Position numbers and translations under genes: made by a program. From Snowella sp. (GTDB lineage Bacteria; Cyanobacteriota; Cyanobacteriia; Cyanobacteriales; Microcystaceae), in assembly GCA_035285545.1 (NCBI GenBank), contig JAYKGY010000005.1:1-62540 (forward strand): a stretch of DNA of 62,540 nucleotides, read 5' to 3'. Shown here one piece after another: positions 30,441 to 40,983 of the stretch. Position 1 is the first letter of the stretch. Each line of letters begins with the position of its first letter. Below the pieces are notes generated by a model, which saw only the letters and a list, made by a program, of their open reading frames with translations, did not search any database and was not told the DNA's origin.

Positions 30441-31676
30441 TTAAATTGTCATGCCTAAATATTTTGCAACGGTTTGGACATCCTTATCGCCCCGTCCAGA
30501 ACAATTGATGATGATCCGAGGGCTGTCCGTCAATTGAGGACAAAGGGTTTCTAAATAGGCAAAAGCATGGGAGGTTTCTAGGGCAGGAATAATTCCCTCT
30601 AGTTGGGAGAGTCGTTGTAAGGCAGCGATCGCTTCGTCATCGGTAATACTGTAATACTCAGCACGACCACTATCTTTCAAAAAACTGTGTTCAGGGCCAA
30701 CACCAGGATAATCTAAACCCGCGCTAATAGAATGGGCTTCTACAACTTGGCCTTCCTCATCTTGTAATAAATAACTCATTGCCCCATGTAAAACCCCTGG
30801 TTTTCCTTTAGTTAAAGTGGCTGCGTGTTTGCCAGAGATAATACTTTCTCCAGCGGCTTCAATACCAATAATGCGAACAGAAGGGTCTTGTAAAAAATCA
30901 TAAAATAACCCCATTGCATTCGAGCCACCACCAACACAAGCCATCAGAATATCCGGTAAACTTCCCCATTTTTCTTGGCATTGCTCACGGGTTTCTTGCC
31001 CAATAACCCGATGAAAGTCCCGTACCATCATGGGATAGGGATGGGGCCCCGCAACCGATCCTAAAATGTAGTGGGTCGTTTCCACATTCGTGACCCAATC
31101 GCGAATGGCTTCTGAAGTTGCATCTTTTAAAGTTCCCGTTCCCGCTTCTACGGGATGCACTTTTGCCCCCAACAGATTCATGCGGAAAACATTCAGTTTT
31201 TGACGTTCGATGTCCTGAACGCCCATGTAAATAATACATTCCAACCCAAAACGGGCACAAACGGTTGCCGTTGCCACACCATGTTGGCCCGCACCTGTTT
31301 CGGCAATAATACGCTGTTTTCCCATGCGTTTAGCCAAAAGAACCTGTCCCAAGGCATTATTGATTTTATGGGCCCCTGTATGGTTGAGATCTTCGCGTTT
31401 CAGGTAAATTTGCGGGCCACTACCATCAGGTCGGGCGTAATAGGCTGTTAGCCGTTCTGCAAAGTAAAGAGGGCTAGGTCTACCGACATAATCCTTCAAC
31501 AAACCTTGGAGTTCTGTTTGAAAGTCTGGATCATCTTTGTATTGACTATAGGCAGTCTCCAGTTCACTTAAGGCAGGCATTAAGGTTTCAGGAACGTATT
31601 TGCCTCCATAGCGGCCAAAACGACCAAAGGCATCGGGATATTGGGCAGTAACAGGCGTTAATGGTGTTGTGGTCAC
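30441..31676 (-). CDS. trpB: Tryptophan synthase beta chain
   Basis: [44 protein letters not shown]. Confidence 0.98.
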   Translation of the reverse strand: MTTTPLTPVTAQYPDAFGRFGRYGGKYVPETLMPALSELETAYSQYKDDPDFQTELQGLLKDYVGRPSPLYFAERLTAYYARPDGSGPQIYLKREDLNHTGAHKINNALGQVLLAKRMGKQRIIAETGAGQHGVATATVCARFGLECIIYMGVQDIERQKLNVFRMNLLGAKVHPVEAGTGTLKDATSEAIRDWVTNVETTHYILGSVAGPHPYPMMVRDFHRVIGQETREQCQEKWGSLPDILMACVGGGSNAMGLFYDFLQDPSVRIIGIEAAGESIISGKHAATLTKGKPGVLHGAMSYLLQDEEGQVVEAHSISAGLDYPGVGPEHSFLKDSGRAEYYSITDDEAIAALQRLSQLEGIIPALETSHAFAYLETLCPQLTDSPRIIINCSGRGDKDVQTVAKYLGMTI

Positions 31677-31966
31677 GGTTAGGATGAAGGAATTTTTAAT
31701 TTAATAATGGGCTTTTTACTGTATTTTACGACTTTTTGTTAACCAGAAGCATTCCAGATTAACGAGAACCTTGAAAATTATCTAATGAGAATAATCTATG
31801 GTAAAAACTGCCAACTTTTCACCAGTGCGCTATAACTTGAGGATGGTGAAAATCCCTGCCAAATGTTAAGGGAATAGGAAATTTAATGCTAAGGTAAATC
31901 AAGTGTAATTCATTCATCTATATACTCGGAAAACTTATTTAAGCCTTCATTATTGATTTTAAAATT

Positions 31967-32386
31967 ATGTCTATCAGTACTTCACCAACAGTCTATCAAT
32001 CTCTCAAACTTTTAAAAAGTTATAGTTGTTTAGAACCCAAATTGGTTCACTCTGAAGCCGAAAAAGTCGAATTACAACAAGCCATTAAACAGATTGTTAG
32101 TTTATCCGAATACGAAAATTTAGGAATTTGTGCTGATTCTTCCGAAATTGCTCGACAAGCCTTAAATCAGTATTTAAACGCATTAGGTTATGAAGCTCAG
32201 CTAGATCAGAATGCATTACCATCTCAAGAAAACCCGATCTATCTCAAATTTAATACTCAAAGAATGAGTCATTATCTTGATGGTTATGATGGTCAGTATC
32301 GAGGCGTTTTAATTTCCTGCCAAAGTGAAGACGATAATATTACGGGAACCTATGGTTACTTTCCGTTAGATTTATTTAAAAACTAA
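31967..32386 (+). CDS. DUF1824 family protein
   Basis: ENLGICADS, IYLKFNT, YRGVLISCQ, GTYGYFPLDLF. Confidence 0.8.
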   Translation: MSISTSPTVYQSLKLLKSYSCLEPKLVHSEAEKVELQQAIKQIVSLSEYENLGICADSSEIARQALNQYLNALGYEAQLDQNALPSQENPIYLKFNTQRMSHYLDGYDGQYRGVLISCQSEDDNITGTYGYFPLDLFKN

Positions 32387-32445
32387 AGTCTTCAAAAAAT
32401 TGTAAATCCGTTAGATTCAAAAGATGAGTCAGGAGAAATTACACG

Positions 32446-32916
32446 GTGAGCCAAACCCTAATTTCCAAATCCTTATTGTACGATCAAGACTTTTTGTTAT
32501 GGACGCAAGCAACGATCGCGCAATTACAGAATGGCAACTTTAAGCAACTTGATATTGTTAACGTAATTGAAGAGATTGATTCCTTGGGAAAAGCACAGAA
32601 AAACGCCTTTAAAGGTCAAATTCGCGCTTTAGTTGAGCATATTTTGAAACGTTGTTATGTGAAGATGCCCTTGGAATATCATGGCTGGGAAAGAACGATT
32701 CGCAATATTCGTCCTGAAATTGAAGATTTGTTAGAGACTTCGCCCAGTTTACAGAATGATTTTCCTGAAGTTCTGGATCGCGTTTATCAACAATGTCTGA
32801 AAAAACTTCGACCTGAATATACAAATACCCAATTTCCTGATCGCTGGCCATTTAGCCAATCGCTAGCAGATCTGCTTAATATTGATTTCTGGGAAGCTGA
32901 AAACGCTAAAAAATAG
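32446..32916 (+). CDS. DUF29 family protein
   Basis: LYDQDFLLW, QLDIVNVIEEIDSLG, W.RTI, SPSL, FP..WPF. Confidence 0.88.
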   Translation: MSQTLISKSLLYDQDFLLWTQATIAQLQNGNFKQLDIVNVIEEIDSLGKAQKNAFKGQIRALVEHILKRCYVKMPLEYHGWERTIRNIRPEIEDLLETSPSLQNDFPEVLDRVYQQCLKKLRPEYTNTQFPDRWPFSQSLADLLNIDFWEAENAKK

Positions 32917-32991
32917 AGTAAATACGTTTAAGATTTTTCTTAAAATGTACTTACCCTAATTTGATTTTAATTAACTTTTTGGAAATTTTAT

Positions 32992-34632
32992 TTATTCCCA
33001 CTCAATAGTTCCAGGCGGCTTCGAGGTAATATCATAAACCACCCGATTAACGCCTTTGACTTCATTAACAATGCGATTAGAAATGATTTCCAAAAGCTCG
33101 TAGGGAACTTTAGCCCAATCTGCCGTCATGCCATCTTCACTGGTGATCAAACGCAACACAATCGGGTGAGCATAGGTACGTTGATCCCCCATCACGCCCA
33201 CACTACGGATAGGCAGTAAAACCGCAAAGGCTTGCCAAAAGTCGTGGTACATTCCCTGTTTAGAAATTTCATCTCGAACGATAAAGTCCGCATCTCGCAA
33301 AATATTTAACCGCTCGGAGGTCACTTCCCCAATAATACGGATAGCCAAACCAGGGCCGGGGAAAGGATGGCGACGCACAATTTCTTCAGGTAAACCAATC
33401 GAACGGCCTAATTTACGAACCTCATCCTTAAAGAGTTTTCGTAGGGGTTCGACTAATTTAAAGCGTAGGTCTTTGGGTAAACCACCGACATTGTGATGGC
33501 TTTTGATTTTGACCGCAACCCGTTCGCCCGTTTTGGGATCCACATTAGTATCGGCTGATTCGATTACGTCAGGGTACAAGGTTCCTTGAGCAAGATAATC
33601 AAAAGGCCCCAGCCGTTTCGATTCTTCTTCAAAAACTTCGATAAATTCATGGCCAATGCGACGACGTTTTTCTTCGGGATCGGTCACGCCTTTGAGTTTT
33701 TCTAAGAAGCGATCGCGGGCATTGACGTATTGCACAGGAATATGAAACTGCTTATCAAAAAGCTCAACTAAGCGTTCTGGTTCCCCTTTCCGCATAAAGC
33801 CTTGATCGATAAACATACAAGTCAGTTGATCCCCAATCGCTTTGTGGAGTAAGAAAGCTAAGGTAGAAGAATCAACCCCCCCCGATAGGGCTAATAAAAC
33901 TCGTTTATCGCCAATTTTGGCACGGATATCCCGAATAGACTCATCGACAAAAGCTTCCGTTGTCCAGGTCGGTTCACACTGACAAATGTGATAGACAAAG
34001 TTACGAATCAGGGCAATTCCGCCAACAGAATGCACCACTTCAGGATGGAACTGTACCCCAAAGAGATGTTTTTCGTGATTCGCGATCGCGGCACAGGGGG
34101 TATTCTCCGTATGGGCCAGAATTTCAAACCCTGCTGGTAATTGGGTACAGGAATCTCCATGACTCATCCACATGGTCGAGCCTTCTTCCACATTGGTCAG
34201 CAAATCCGTCGGATCATCAATTAACAAAGAGGCTTTACCGTATTCCCCCCGTTTGGCCCGTTCTACGGTTCCGCCTAACTGTTTGACCATCAGTTGCATT
34301 CCATAGCAAACCCCTAAAACCGGAATCCCTAACTGCCAAATTTCAGGAGAACATTGGGGCGCACCCTCGTCATAAACCGAGCTAGGCCCACCAGAGAGAA
34401 TAATGCCTTTCGGATTTATTTCCCGTAATTGTTCCGCTGTAGTGCGATAGGAAAGAACTTCAGAATAAACTTGGGTTTCTCGAATCCGACGAGCAATTAA
34501 TTCCGAATATTGAGAGCCGAAATCTAAAATAACGATAATTTGGCGATTAAGTTGTTCAGGTACAGAATCAGATGCAGTCGCACCGTTATGTTCAACAAGA
34601 GGAGGAGATTGAATAGTCACTGGCTGGCACAA
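32992..34632 (-). CDS. guaA: GMP synthase (glutamine-hydrolysing)
   Basis: [44 protein letters not shown]. Exact start uncertain. Confidence 0.98.
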   Translation of the reverse strand: MCQPVTIQSPPLVEHNGATASDSVPEQLNRQIIVILDFGSQYSELIARRIRETQVYSEVLSYRTTAEQLREINPKGIILSGGPSSVYDEGAPQCSPEIWQLGIPVLGVCYGMQLMVKQLGGTVERAKRGEYGKASLLIDDPTDLLTNVEEGSTMWMSHGDSCTQLPAGFEILAHTENTPCAAIANHEKHLFGVQFHPEVVHSVGGIALIRNFVYHICQCEPTWTTEAFVDESIRDIRAKIGDKRVLLALSGGVDSSTLAFLLHKAIGDQLTCMFIDQGFMRKGEPERLVELFDKQFHIPVQYVNARDRFLEKLKGVTDPEEKRRRIGHEFIEVFEEESKRLGPFDYLAQGTLYPDVIESADTNVDPKTGERVAVKIKSHHNVGGLPKDLRFKLVEPLRKLFKDEVRKLGRSIGLPEEIVRRHPFPGPGLAIRIIGEVTSERLNILRDADFIVRDEISKQGMYHDFWQAFAVLLPIRSVGVMGDQRTYAHPIVLRLITSEDGMTADWAKVPYELLEIISNRIVNEVKGVNRVVYDITSKPPGTIEWE

Positions 34633-34761
34633 AAGAAGCGATGAAGGTTGCTAGGAAATAAATATTTGTAGTAACAGTTTTCAAGAGAATATAACTTGTG
34701 ATTCCCTAGTATAGCTAGTATCTCATTCCTTACTACAACTTCAACCAGTAAACTGAATTTT

Positions 34762-35418
34762 TTAAGATGGGGCTGAGGGACAAATAGGGGCTAGATCGCA
34801 GGCTGAACACAAGGGCTTACGGGCTGAACAAATTGCTCGACCGTGATAAATCATTGAAATGGAAAAGTTTTCCCACTCGGCTTGGGGTAAAAGCTTCATG
34901 AGATCTCGCTCAATTTTGACGGGATTAGTTTCTTTGGTTAATCCTAGACGCTGGCTCAACCGTTTGACGTGGGTATCAACCGTTACCCCTTGATTAATCC
35001 CAAAGGCATGGGCTGAAACCACATTGGCCGTTTTACGGGCGACTCCGGGTAAGGTTAATAATTCCTCCATCTGTTGCGGCACTTTTCCGTCAAAGTCTTG
35101 AAGAATTTTTTGGCAAGCTCCTTGAATATTTTTGGCTTTATTGCGATAAAACCCTGTTGAATGAATTAAGCTTTCTAATTCTTCGCGATCGCAGTAAGCT
35201 AAAGCCTGAGCATCGGGAAAACGAGCAAATAAAGCTGGTGTAACCTTATTTACCCGTTCATCCGTACATTGAGCCGATAGAATGGTCGCCACCAATAACT
35301 GCACCGGCGTTTCATAGGTCAGGCTACAGGTAGCATCAGGATACAGACGTTTGAGAACAATGAGAATTTCTAGGGTGCGTTGCTTTTTACTGGCTAATTT
35401 ACGGGTAATGCTGGCCAT
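34762..35418 (-). CDS. nth: Endonuclease III
   Basis: LSAQCTD, HhH LPGVARKTAN, VDTHV and 4Fe-4S motif CSARKPLCSACDLAPIC. Confidence 0.96.
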   Translation of the reverse strand: MASITRKLASKKQRTLEILIVLKRLYPDATCSLTYETPVQLLVATILSAQCTDERVNKVTPALFARFPDAQALAYCDREELESLIHSTGFYRNKAKNIQGACQKILQDFDGKVPQQMEELLTLPGVARKTANVVSAHAFGINQGVTVDTHVKRLSQRLGLTKETNPVKIERDLMKLLPQAEWENFSISMIYHGRAICSARKPLCSACDLAPICPSAPS

Positions 35419-35427
35419 GCTCGGTAT

Positions 35428-36525
35428 TTACCGCAATTCCTGATGGAGTAATTCTTGTAAAAAAGTCAAATTTAGGGTATCGCGGACGATTAAGAAAACC
35501 CCTAAACCAAGCAATAAAACTAAACCCGTTTGCATGACATTTTCTTGAATTTTGTTGGGTAAGGGCTTGCCTAACAAACCTTCAATAATCAGGAACACTA
35601 ATTGACCACCATCGAGTGCCGGTAAGGGCAGAATGTTAATAACCGCGAGGTTAATGCTAATTAAAGCCCCGAATTGAAAGAGATTGCCGACATCATTTTT
35701 AGCAATATTGGCTCCGTATTCGACGATTTTGATCGGCCCTGCCACCTGTTGAGCGTTCTCTGAAAAATGACTAATAAGTTGCCAAAATCCTTGAACAGTT
35801 AAGGTAACAATTCGTTGGAAGGCATTAGCACTGTAGGTAAACGCTTCACCAATATTTTGCGCTTTTTTGAGTTTAACGTTGGGTAAGAGGGCGACTCCTA
35901 TTTTTCCTTTGCCGTCTTCACCCGCGATCGCCTTAATGGTGACATCAATTTTTTCCGATCCCCGTTGAATGACTAAGGGAATAGGCTGATTGGGAGAGGA
36001 TTGGACTTTATCAATAAAACCTGTGGTGGCATCGGGATAAACCTGTAGCGGTTGGCTATCAACACTGAGGATAATATCCCCTGGCTGAATCCCTGCAATC
36101 ATGGCTGCCGAATTGGGATCAACTTTGGGGATTACCAGGCCCGGTTGAATATCTTGAATGCCCACAGTGGCGACCTGACCGACGAGGAGAAAATAGGCAA
36201 AAATGAGATTAGCAATTACCCCTGCACTAATAACAATGGCGCGATCCAAAACGGGACGGTTTCGCATCAAGTTGGGATCATCCGCAGGAATTTGACTATC
36301 GGGGTCTTCATCGGGAAAACCCACAAATCCGCCTAAAGGAATGGCCCGAATGGCATACTCTGTTTCCGAGCCTTGGTATTTTAATAAAACGGGCCCAAAT
36401 CCCAAAGAAAATCGATTGGCATAAATTCCCTGCAATCTTGCTGCTGCAAAGTGACCCAATTCATGCACAAAAATTAAAACTGCTAAAACCGCGATCGCCG
36501 CTAAAACTGACATAAGTGTAATCAA
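35428..36525 (-). CDS. rseP: RIP metalloprotease RseP (M50 family, PDZ)
   Basis: HELGH, PLGGFV, central PDZ, NILPLPALDGG. Confidence 0.93.
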   Translation of the reverse strand: MITLMSVLAAIAVLAVLIFVHELGHFAAARLQGIYANRFSLGFGPVLLKYQGSETEYAIRAIPLGGFVGFPDEDPDSQIPADDPNLMRNRPVLDRAIVISAGVIANLIFAYFLLVGQVATVGIQDIQPGLVIPKVDPNSAAMIAGIQPGDIILSVDSQPLQVYPDATTGFIDKVQSSPNQPIPLVIQRGSEKIDVTIKAIAGEDGKGKIGVALLPNVKLKKAQNIGEAFTYSANAFQRIVTLTVQGFWQLISHFSENAQQVAGPIKIVEYGANIAKNDVGNLFQFGALISINLAVINILPLPALDGGQLVFLIIEGLLGKPLPNKIQENVMQTGLVLLLGLGVFLIVRDTLNLTFLQELLHQELR

Positions 36526-36600
36526 CTAACCGTTAACAATAGAAAGACAAAGATCCGATAGATAATTTCTATTTACAAAAAGAATGTCCTAATTTTAACG

Positions 36601-36634
36601 AAAAAAGAAGCCATCAGCTTCAATCCAATGGCTT
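36601..36634 (-). terminator. Probable terminator of psb34
   Basis: Minus strand AAGCCATTGG...CTGATGGCTT followed by CTTTTTT. Confidence 0.55.
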
Positions 36635-36663
36635 AAAAGAAAGATAGAAAAGTAATCAAAAGT

Positions 36664-36846
36664 TTAGCTAACCGCCGTACTGGACGCATAGTAAGCAACG
36701 GTAATCAGTCCACCCACTAATAATGCACCAACTACTAAAACGATTAAGTTATTACGTTTTTCTGCGGAATTTAAGGGTTGAGCCTGATAAACTTCGGGTT
36801 CCCTCGCAAAATTATTCAAGCGTCCATCATCATCTTTATAAGCCAT
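36664..36846 (-). CDS. psb34: Ssl1498-family / Psb34 photosystem II assembly factor
   Basis: DDDGRLNNFAREP.VY.A N-terminus (HliA/B-like) and a single TM without the chlorophyll-binding ExxNGR motif. Confidence 0.8.
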   Translation of the reverse strand: MAYKDDDGRLNNFAREPEVYQAQPLNSAEKRNNLIVLVVGALLVGGLITVAYYASSTAVS

Positions 36847-36886
36847 AGATTAAAACCTCTATTTATTATTTGTATATGTAAGGTTA

Positions 36887-36993
36887 GGGGCTAGCGGACT
36901 AATTCCCCAGTAGTTTCGCGAATCCTGATTGATCGGGCACGTACCAAGGGGAAGAAAAACTCGGCCATGCACTTCACAAAACGTTAGGATTCG
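36887..36993 (-). ncRNA. Candidate structured 5' leader or sRNA upstream of psb34
   Basis: Stems CGAATCCT/AGGATTCG, GCATG/CGTGC and GCCGAG/CTTGGT (G-U pairs on the minus strand only), plus hairpin GGGG-AA-TTAG-TCCG-CTAG-CCCC. Confidence 0.4.
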
Positions 36994-37047
36994 GAATTCA
37001 GATTAAAATAAAAAGTCGCTGATTCTTCGTTCTCTTAATTTTTTTTT

Positions 37048-37764
37048 ATGTTTGAGTTTGCTTGGTTAACCCCTAGTCATGGCGTGATGGTAGGGTTATT
37101 GGTTGTGTTTGCCATTGCCCATAGTGGATTAGCGGCGTTGCGGGCTTGGGGAGAAAGCAAAATTGGTGCGAGGGCCTATCGAGTTCTTTTTGCCCTAGTT
37201 AGTATTCCGTTAGCCGTGGTTTTAATTACTTACTTTTTCAATCACCGTTATGACGGTTTGCAGTTATGGCAGGTGCAGGGCGTGACTGGGATTAAACCCA
37301 TTGTTTGGAGTTTGTCGGCCATTTCCTTTTTCTTTTTGTATCCCGCGACCTTTAATTTATTGGAAATTGCCGCGATCGCGAAACCCGAAATCCATCTCTA
37401 CGAAACGGGGATCATTCGCATCTGTCGCCATCCTCAAATGGTCGGTCAAGTGATTTGGTGCATTGCCCATACCCTGTGGCTCGGTACCACTTTTACTTTG
37501 TTAACTTCCCTGGGATTAATTGCCCACCATGGCTTTGCGGTCTGGCATGGCGATCGCCGTTGGCAAAAAAAATATGGCGATGCCTTTTTAAAACTGAAGG
37601 AAAGAACCTCAATTATCCCCTTTAAAGCCGTTTTTGATGGTCGTCAACAACTAAAATGGCAAGAATTTCTGCGCCCTGCCTATTTAGGCGTAACCGGATT
37701 CATTCTCTTGCTCTGGTGGGGGCATCCCTGGTTAATGCAAATTACCGCTAAAGCACCGTTATAA
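37048..37764 (+). CDS. NnrU family membrane protein (15-cis-zeta-carotene isomerase Z-ISO-like)
   Basis: HSGLAALR, YRVLFALVS, YPATFNLLE, GIIRICRHPQMVG, HGDRR, RTSIIPF. Confidence 0.85.
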   Translation: MFEFAWLTPSHGVMVGLLVVFAIAHSGLAALRAWGESKIGARAYRVLFALVSIPLAVVLITYFFNHRYDGLQLWQVQGVTGIKPIVWSLSAISFFFLYPATFNLLEIAAIAKPEIHLYETGIIRICRHPQMVGQVIWCIAHTLWLGTTFTLLTSLGLIAHHGFAVWHGDRRWQKKYGDAFLKLKERTSIIPFKAVFDGRQQLKWQEFLRPAYLGVTGFILLLWWGHPWLMQITAKAPL

Positions 37765-38013
37765 TTACCTTCTTCCTCGTCAGGTTCACCGCTTTTGGCG
37801 ACAAACTATCTCAAAGATCTAACTTCAGCTAGGTACAGGGATCGGGCCATCAATTAATGTTGTAACATTATTCTTTTTTGTCATCAAAAAGATGCTTTTT
37901 TAGCGTATTTGTAACCCTTGAAAATTATTTTTTGAATTATAAACAATATCTATCCCACTTGATCCCGATTAGTTGTAGCATAATTCTAGGCGGCTTAATC
38001 GAGACTAAGCAAG

Positions 38014-38352
38014 ATGTTGTCTGTTAATGAAAAAACATTTAAAGAAACTGTTTTAGATTCTTCTACCCCCGTTCTTGTCTATTTTTGGACCCCGTGGTGC
38101 GGACTATGTCGTTTTGTCAATCCTATTTTGCAAAAATTGCAAGCCGAGCGGATGGGATCGCTTAAGGTCGTCAATATTAATGCTGACAGCAATTTTAGAT
38201 TAGCCAATACCTATCGCCTCAAAAATTTACCCACATTGCTCCTGTTCGATCAAGGCCAACTCATCCAACGCTTAGAAGAATTTGAATCACGGGAAGACCT
38301 CAATCGTATTCTTACCCTCATTCCTGCGCGACTTCCTGCTAGATCTGCCTAA
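38014..38352 (+). CDS. trxC: Atypical cyanobacterial thioredoxin C
   Basis: Thioredoxin fold with WCGLC active-site motif; adjacent to the NnrU-family gene. Confidence 0.85.
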   Translation: MLSVNEKTFKETVLDSSTPVLVYFWTPWCGLCRFVNPILQKLQAERMGSLKVVNINADSNFRLANTYRLKNLPTLLLFDQGQLIQRLEEFESREDLNRILTLIPARLPARSA

Positions 38353-38475
38353 TTAACGCGATCGCGACCGATCCTAAAGGTTAAAAAAATCCAATATTTC
38401 TAGGGGATTGCTATCTGTCCCTCGCCTAGCGGTGATATGCTTTAGAATGAATTTCGATATGCTGATCGGAGGCAA

Positions 38476-38877
38476 ATGGCTGTGGAGTGGAAAGTGCGAG
38501 CAATTCGGGGGGCAACAACCGTTTCAGAGAATACGATCCCCGCTATCCGAGATGCGGTCACTGAATTGTTAGACGCGATTGAAACCCACAATCAACTTGA
38601 CCCAGAAGAAATTGTTAGTGTTATTTTCACGGCAACCCGCGATCTAGATGCCATTTTTCCCGCCGCGATCGCCAGAGAAAGACCCTACTGGAATAATGTG
38701 CCGCTACTGGATGTTCAACAAATGCACGTAGAAGGCAGCTTAGAGCGTTGTATTCGCGTCCTAATCCATGTCAACACCCCTAAACCCCAGATTGAAATTC
38801 ACCATTCCTACCTACGCCAAGCCCAAAATCTCAGACCTGATTGGCATTTAGCCCAACTCAATCTAAACCCTGCTTAG
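38476..38877 (+). CDS. aroH: Chorismate mutase (AroH class)
   Basis: VRAIRGATT, FTATRDLDAIFPA, CIRVLIH, LRPD. Confidence 0.95.
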   Translation: MAVEWKVRAIRGATTVSENTIPAIRDAVTELLDAIETHNQLDPEEIVSVIFTATRDLDAIFPAAIARERPYWNNVPLLDVQQMHVEGSLERCIRVLIHVNTPKPQIEIHHSYLRQAQNLRPDWHLAQLNLNPA

Positions 38878-38951
38878 GAAATCGTTTTTTAAAATGCTTA
38901 ACTGCCCTACACTTTATTGAATTCAGTAATACGATTCAGTATTCACTCAAC

Positions 38952-38982
38952 AAAAAAACTCTTCCCCAATTGAAGAAGAGTT
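38952..38982 (-). terminator. Rho-independent terminator
   Basis: Minus strand AACTCTTCTTC..GGGGAAGAGTT followed by a T run, downstream of 39023..39280. Confidence 0.65.
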
Positions 38983-39022
38983 CCTAAAAGTTCATTGTTG
39001 AAAAGTGAGTAAAAAAAGTTGA

Positions 39023-39280
39023 TTAGCTTAACGGAAATTGGGTAAAGAAGCTAGCCCAAAGAATACCTGTAACGCCGGAAGCAATGAGAATATTGGTGAA
39101 AAACTTACCTAATTCAGTATTAACGCCTAATTCCTTATCTTCGTGACCAGCAGTGAAAAATAATGACCAAGCTTGATTCGTATTGATAGCTTCAAAATTA
39201 TTAAAATCTGAGCGGAAAATAACGGGAGCAAATAAATCTTTATTCGTGTAGATATCGTAATCAGCGTTCATAATTTCCAA
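39023..39280 (-). CDS. Small hypothetical membrane protein
   Basis: Intact ORF with GGAGG RBS, C-terminal TM and a downstream terminator. Confidence 0.7.
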   Translation of the reverse strand: MEIMNADYDIYTNKDLFAPVIFRSDFNNFEAINTNQAWSLFFTAGHEDKELGVNTELGKFFTNILIASGVTGILWASFFTQFPLS

Positions 39281-39409
39281 CCTCCGTTGGCTTAAATATT
39301 TGTAAAGTTTGCTATATTTCAGAAGAAAAAGGGGGCGTTGAACAGTTTGGGAAATTGTTTAAAATTGTCAGTTATTGAGCGTCATTTCTGCTGCACAACG
39401 CCAAGGGAA

Positions 39410-39628
39410 TTAAAGACTGGTTAACCAACCGATAATGCCGTGACCCGTAATTACTTCCATTGCTAAGAGAGAAACGAAACCAATCATGGCAAAACGACCA
39501 TTGAGTTTTTCGGCGTATTCTGTCCAACCCGCTTGAACGGTTTCATCAACGTAAACTTGGGGTTCGATCGCGAAGTTATTGAGGCGATTATCAGAATCGA
39601 GTTTAAATCCACGAGTATTAGCAGCCAT
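39410..39628 (-). CDS. hliA: High-light-inducible protein (HliA/HliB type)
   Basis: [10 protein letters not shown] and chlorophyll-binding [16 protein letters not shown] at 39628 with AAGGA RBS. hliA versus hliB cannot be resolved. Confidence 0.88.
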   Translation of the reverse strand: MAANTRGFKLDSDNRLNNFAIEPQVYVDETVQAGWTEYAEKLNGRFAMIGFVSLLAMEVITGHGIIGWLTSL

Positions 39629-39659
39629 TTTATTAATCCTTTGGGAGAGCACTTAACTT

Positions 39660-39687
39660 TATGTAAATAAATGTAACGCAATGTTAA
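39660..39687 (-). promoter_or_regulatory. HLR1 element (RpaB binding site) upstream of the hli gene
   Basis: Minus strand TTAACATT-GC-GTTACATT-TA-TTTACATA. The last two octamers match (G/T)TTACA(T/A)(T/A)-N2 exactly. Confidence 0.85.
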
Positions 39688-39822
39688 GATTTGTGTCAAC
39701 AGTCTTGACAATAAAAGAGGGTCGTGAAAACCGCCTACGGCGTTCGGCATACCGTCTATTAAGTTGGGAATGAAAGCTAACAGTCAATTCCTTACGGTTG
39801 ACTCATTACAAGACAAGGCAGG

Positions 39823-40119
39823 TTAAGGCTGTTTTTGCCGCGTCGCGATCGCCTGATAGAAACCCAAGACCACCAAAATATTAGAAATCGTCAAGAAAGA
39901 CTCTGCACTACCATGAAGCCAATCGATATTGGCTAACTGCTCGCCGTAGTGAACCTGGGCATAAATCCCCGCAGGAATGGTTATAGCCACAAAAACTAGT
40001 AAGAAATAAAAGCCAATTAACGCTAAACGGGGCATTTGACCGGAACGGGTGATAAACCACAAAAATCCCAGATAGGGAAACAGGGAAAGCGCAAATAAAC
40101 TGTCTTTTGAGAACATCAT
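39823..40119 (-). CDS. DUF3593 family membrane protein
   Basis: LFALSLFPYLGFL, LANIDWLHGSAESFLTISN. Confidence 0.82.
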   Translation of the reverse strand: MMFSKDSLFALSLFPYLGFLWFITRSGQMPRLALIGFYFLLVFVAITIPAGIYAQVHYGEQLANIDWLHGSAESFLTISNILVVLGFYQAIATRQKQP

Positions 40120-40124
40120 TGGGA

Positions 40125-40898
40125 CTAAATTTTCTCTAGGCGTTTTAATAGCGGTTGCAGATTCAGGGGGACATTCAGGGGCGGATTAAGGGAAGTCCGA
40201 ACAGTTTGATTTTTTTCTAGGTGTAACTGTTCTAAGATGGCTTTTTGAATTAAGGGTTCGGTTTCTTGGCTTAACAATAGGCGAAAATAGTCTTCGATTT
40301 GGTGGCGATCGCGACTCGATATCTGGTTTTGTTCGATTAATTTACCCAACTGTCTGATAGCAATTAAGCGTTTGAGGGGATCGGGTTCGGTTAATTGATT
40401 CAGCAACTTGTCTAACTGGGTTGCCGTTTGTTGATTCTGCTCACTCAAAAGATGCCATCCCAACAATCCCAAGGTTAATAGCGTTCCTACGCCTTCTAAA
40501 ATTGTTCCCGTCGCTAACCAACGATTGTCGGATTCTGCCCAGATAGCGGCTGCCAGATAGGTACTAAAGGCTGCAACGCCCCCACTCCCTACGGCTAAGG
40601 TTAACTTTCCCTGAGACCCTTTTAATAAATTGCGCCAAACTAACCAATGTTTCTGCCAATTTTCTCCCAAGGCTAGGTACACTAGACCCATGCCCCCGAT
40701 CCCCATTCCTGTTGCCACCACTAATTTCCAATCCCAGGACAACATGACCGTTAACCCAAAGGAAGCGACAGTCCAACGCCCCCATTTATAAACTTCGGGA
40801 CGAGATAAAGCGTAAATGAGCGGTTGGGATAGACGAGAAAGGGCAAGTTTGGGCAACGGTTTGGGAAGACGTTTCCCACTCGAAAAAACCTGGGTCAC
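40125..40898 (-). CDS. Hypothetical membrane protein with C-terminal HEAT-like repeat
   Basis: Several TM segments, then LT.PDPLKRLIAIRQL. Confidence 0.7.
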   Translation of the reverse strand: MTQVFSSGKRLPKPLPKLALSRLSQPLIYALSRPEVYKWGRWTVASFGLTVMLSWDWKLVVATGMGIGGMGLVYLALGENWQKHWLVWRNLLKGSQGKLTLAVGSGGVAAFSTYLAAAIWAESDNRWLATGTILEGVGTLLTLGLLGWHLLSEQNQQTATQLDKLLNQLTEPDPLKRLIAIRQLGKLIEQNQISSRDRHQIEDYFRLLLSQETEPLIQKAILEQLHLEKNQTVRTSLNPPLNVPLNLQPLLKRLEKI

Positions 40899-40983
40899 GG
40901 TAATTTCCTATGTCTATGATGATGACTTTTAATCCTATAATTGCTCGCTAGGGGCTGTTAATTCACTATACCAAGAAGTTGAC

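Noticed and set aside
25487..30442. Integrated island with att sites: CATCCCGATT at the tRNA-Pro 3' end (25487-25496) recurs at the trpB/toxin junction (30433-30442)
   Set aside because: Only 10 bp, no integrase, and the interval contains the core gene ycf51. Chance cannot be excluded, although the position at a junction is curious.
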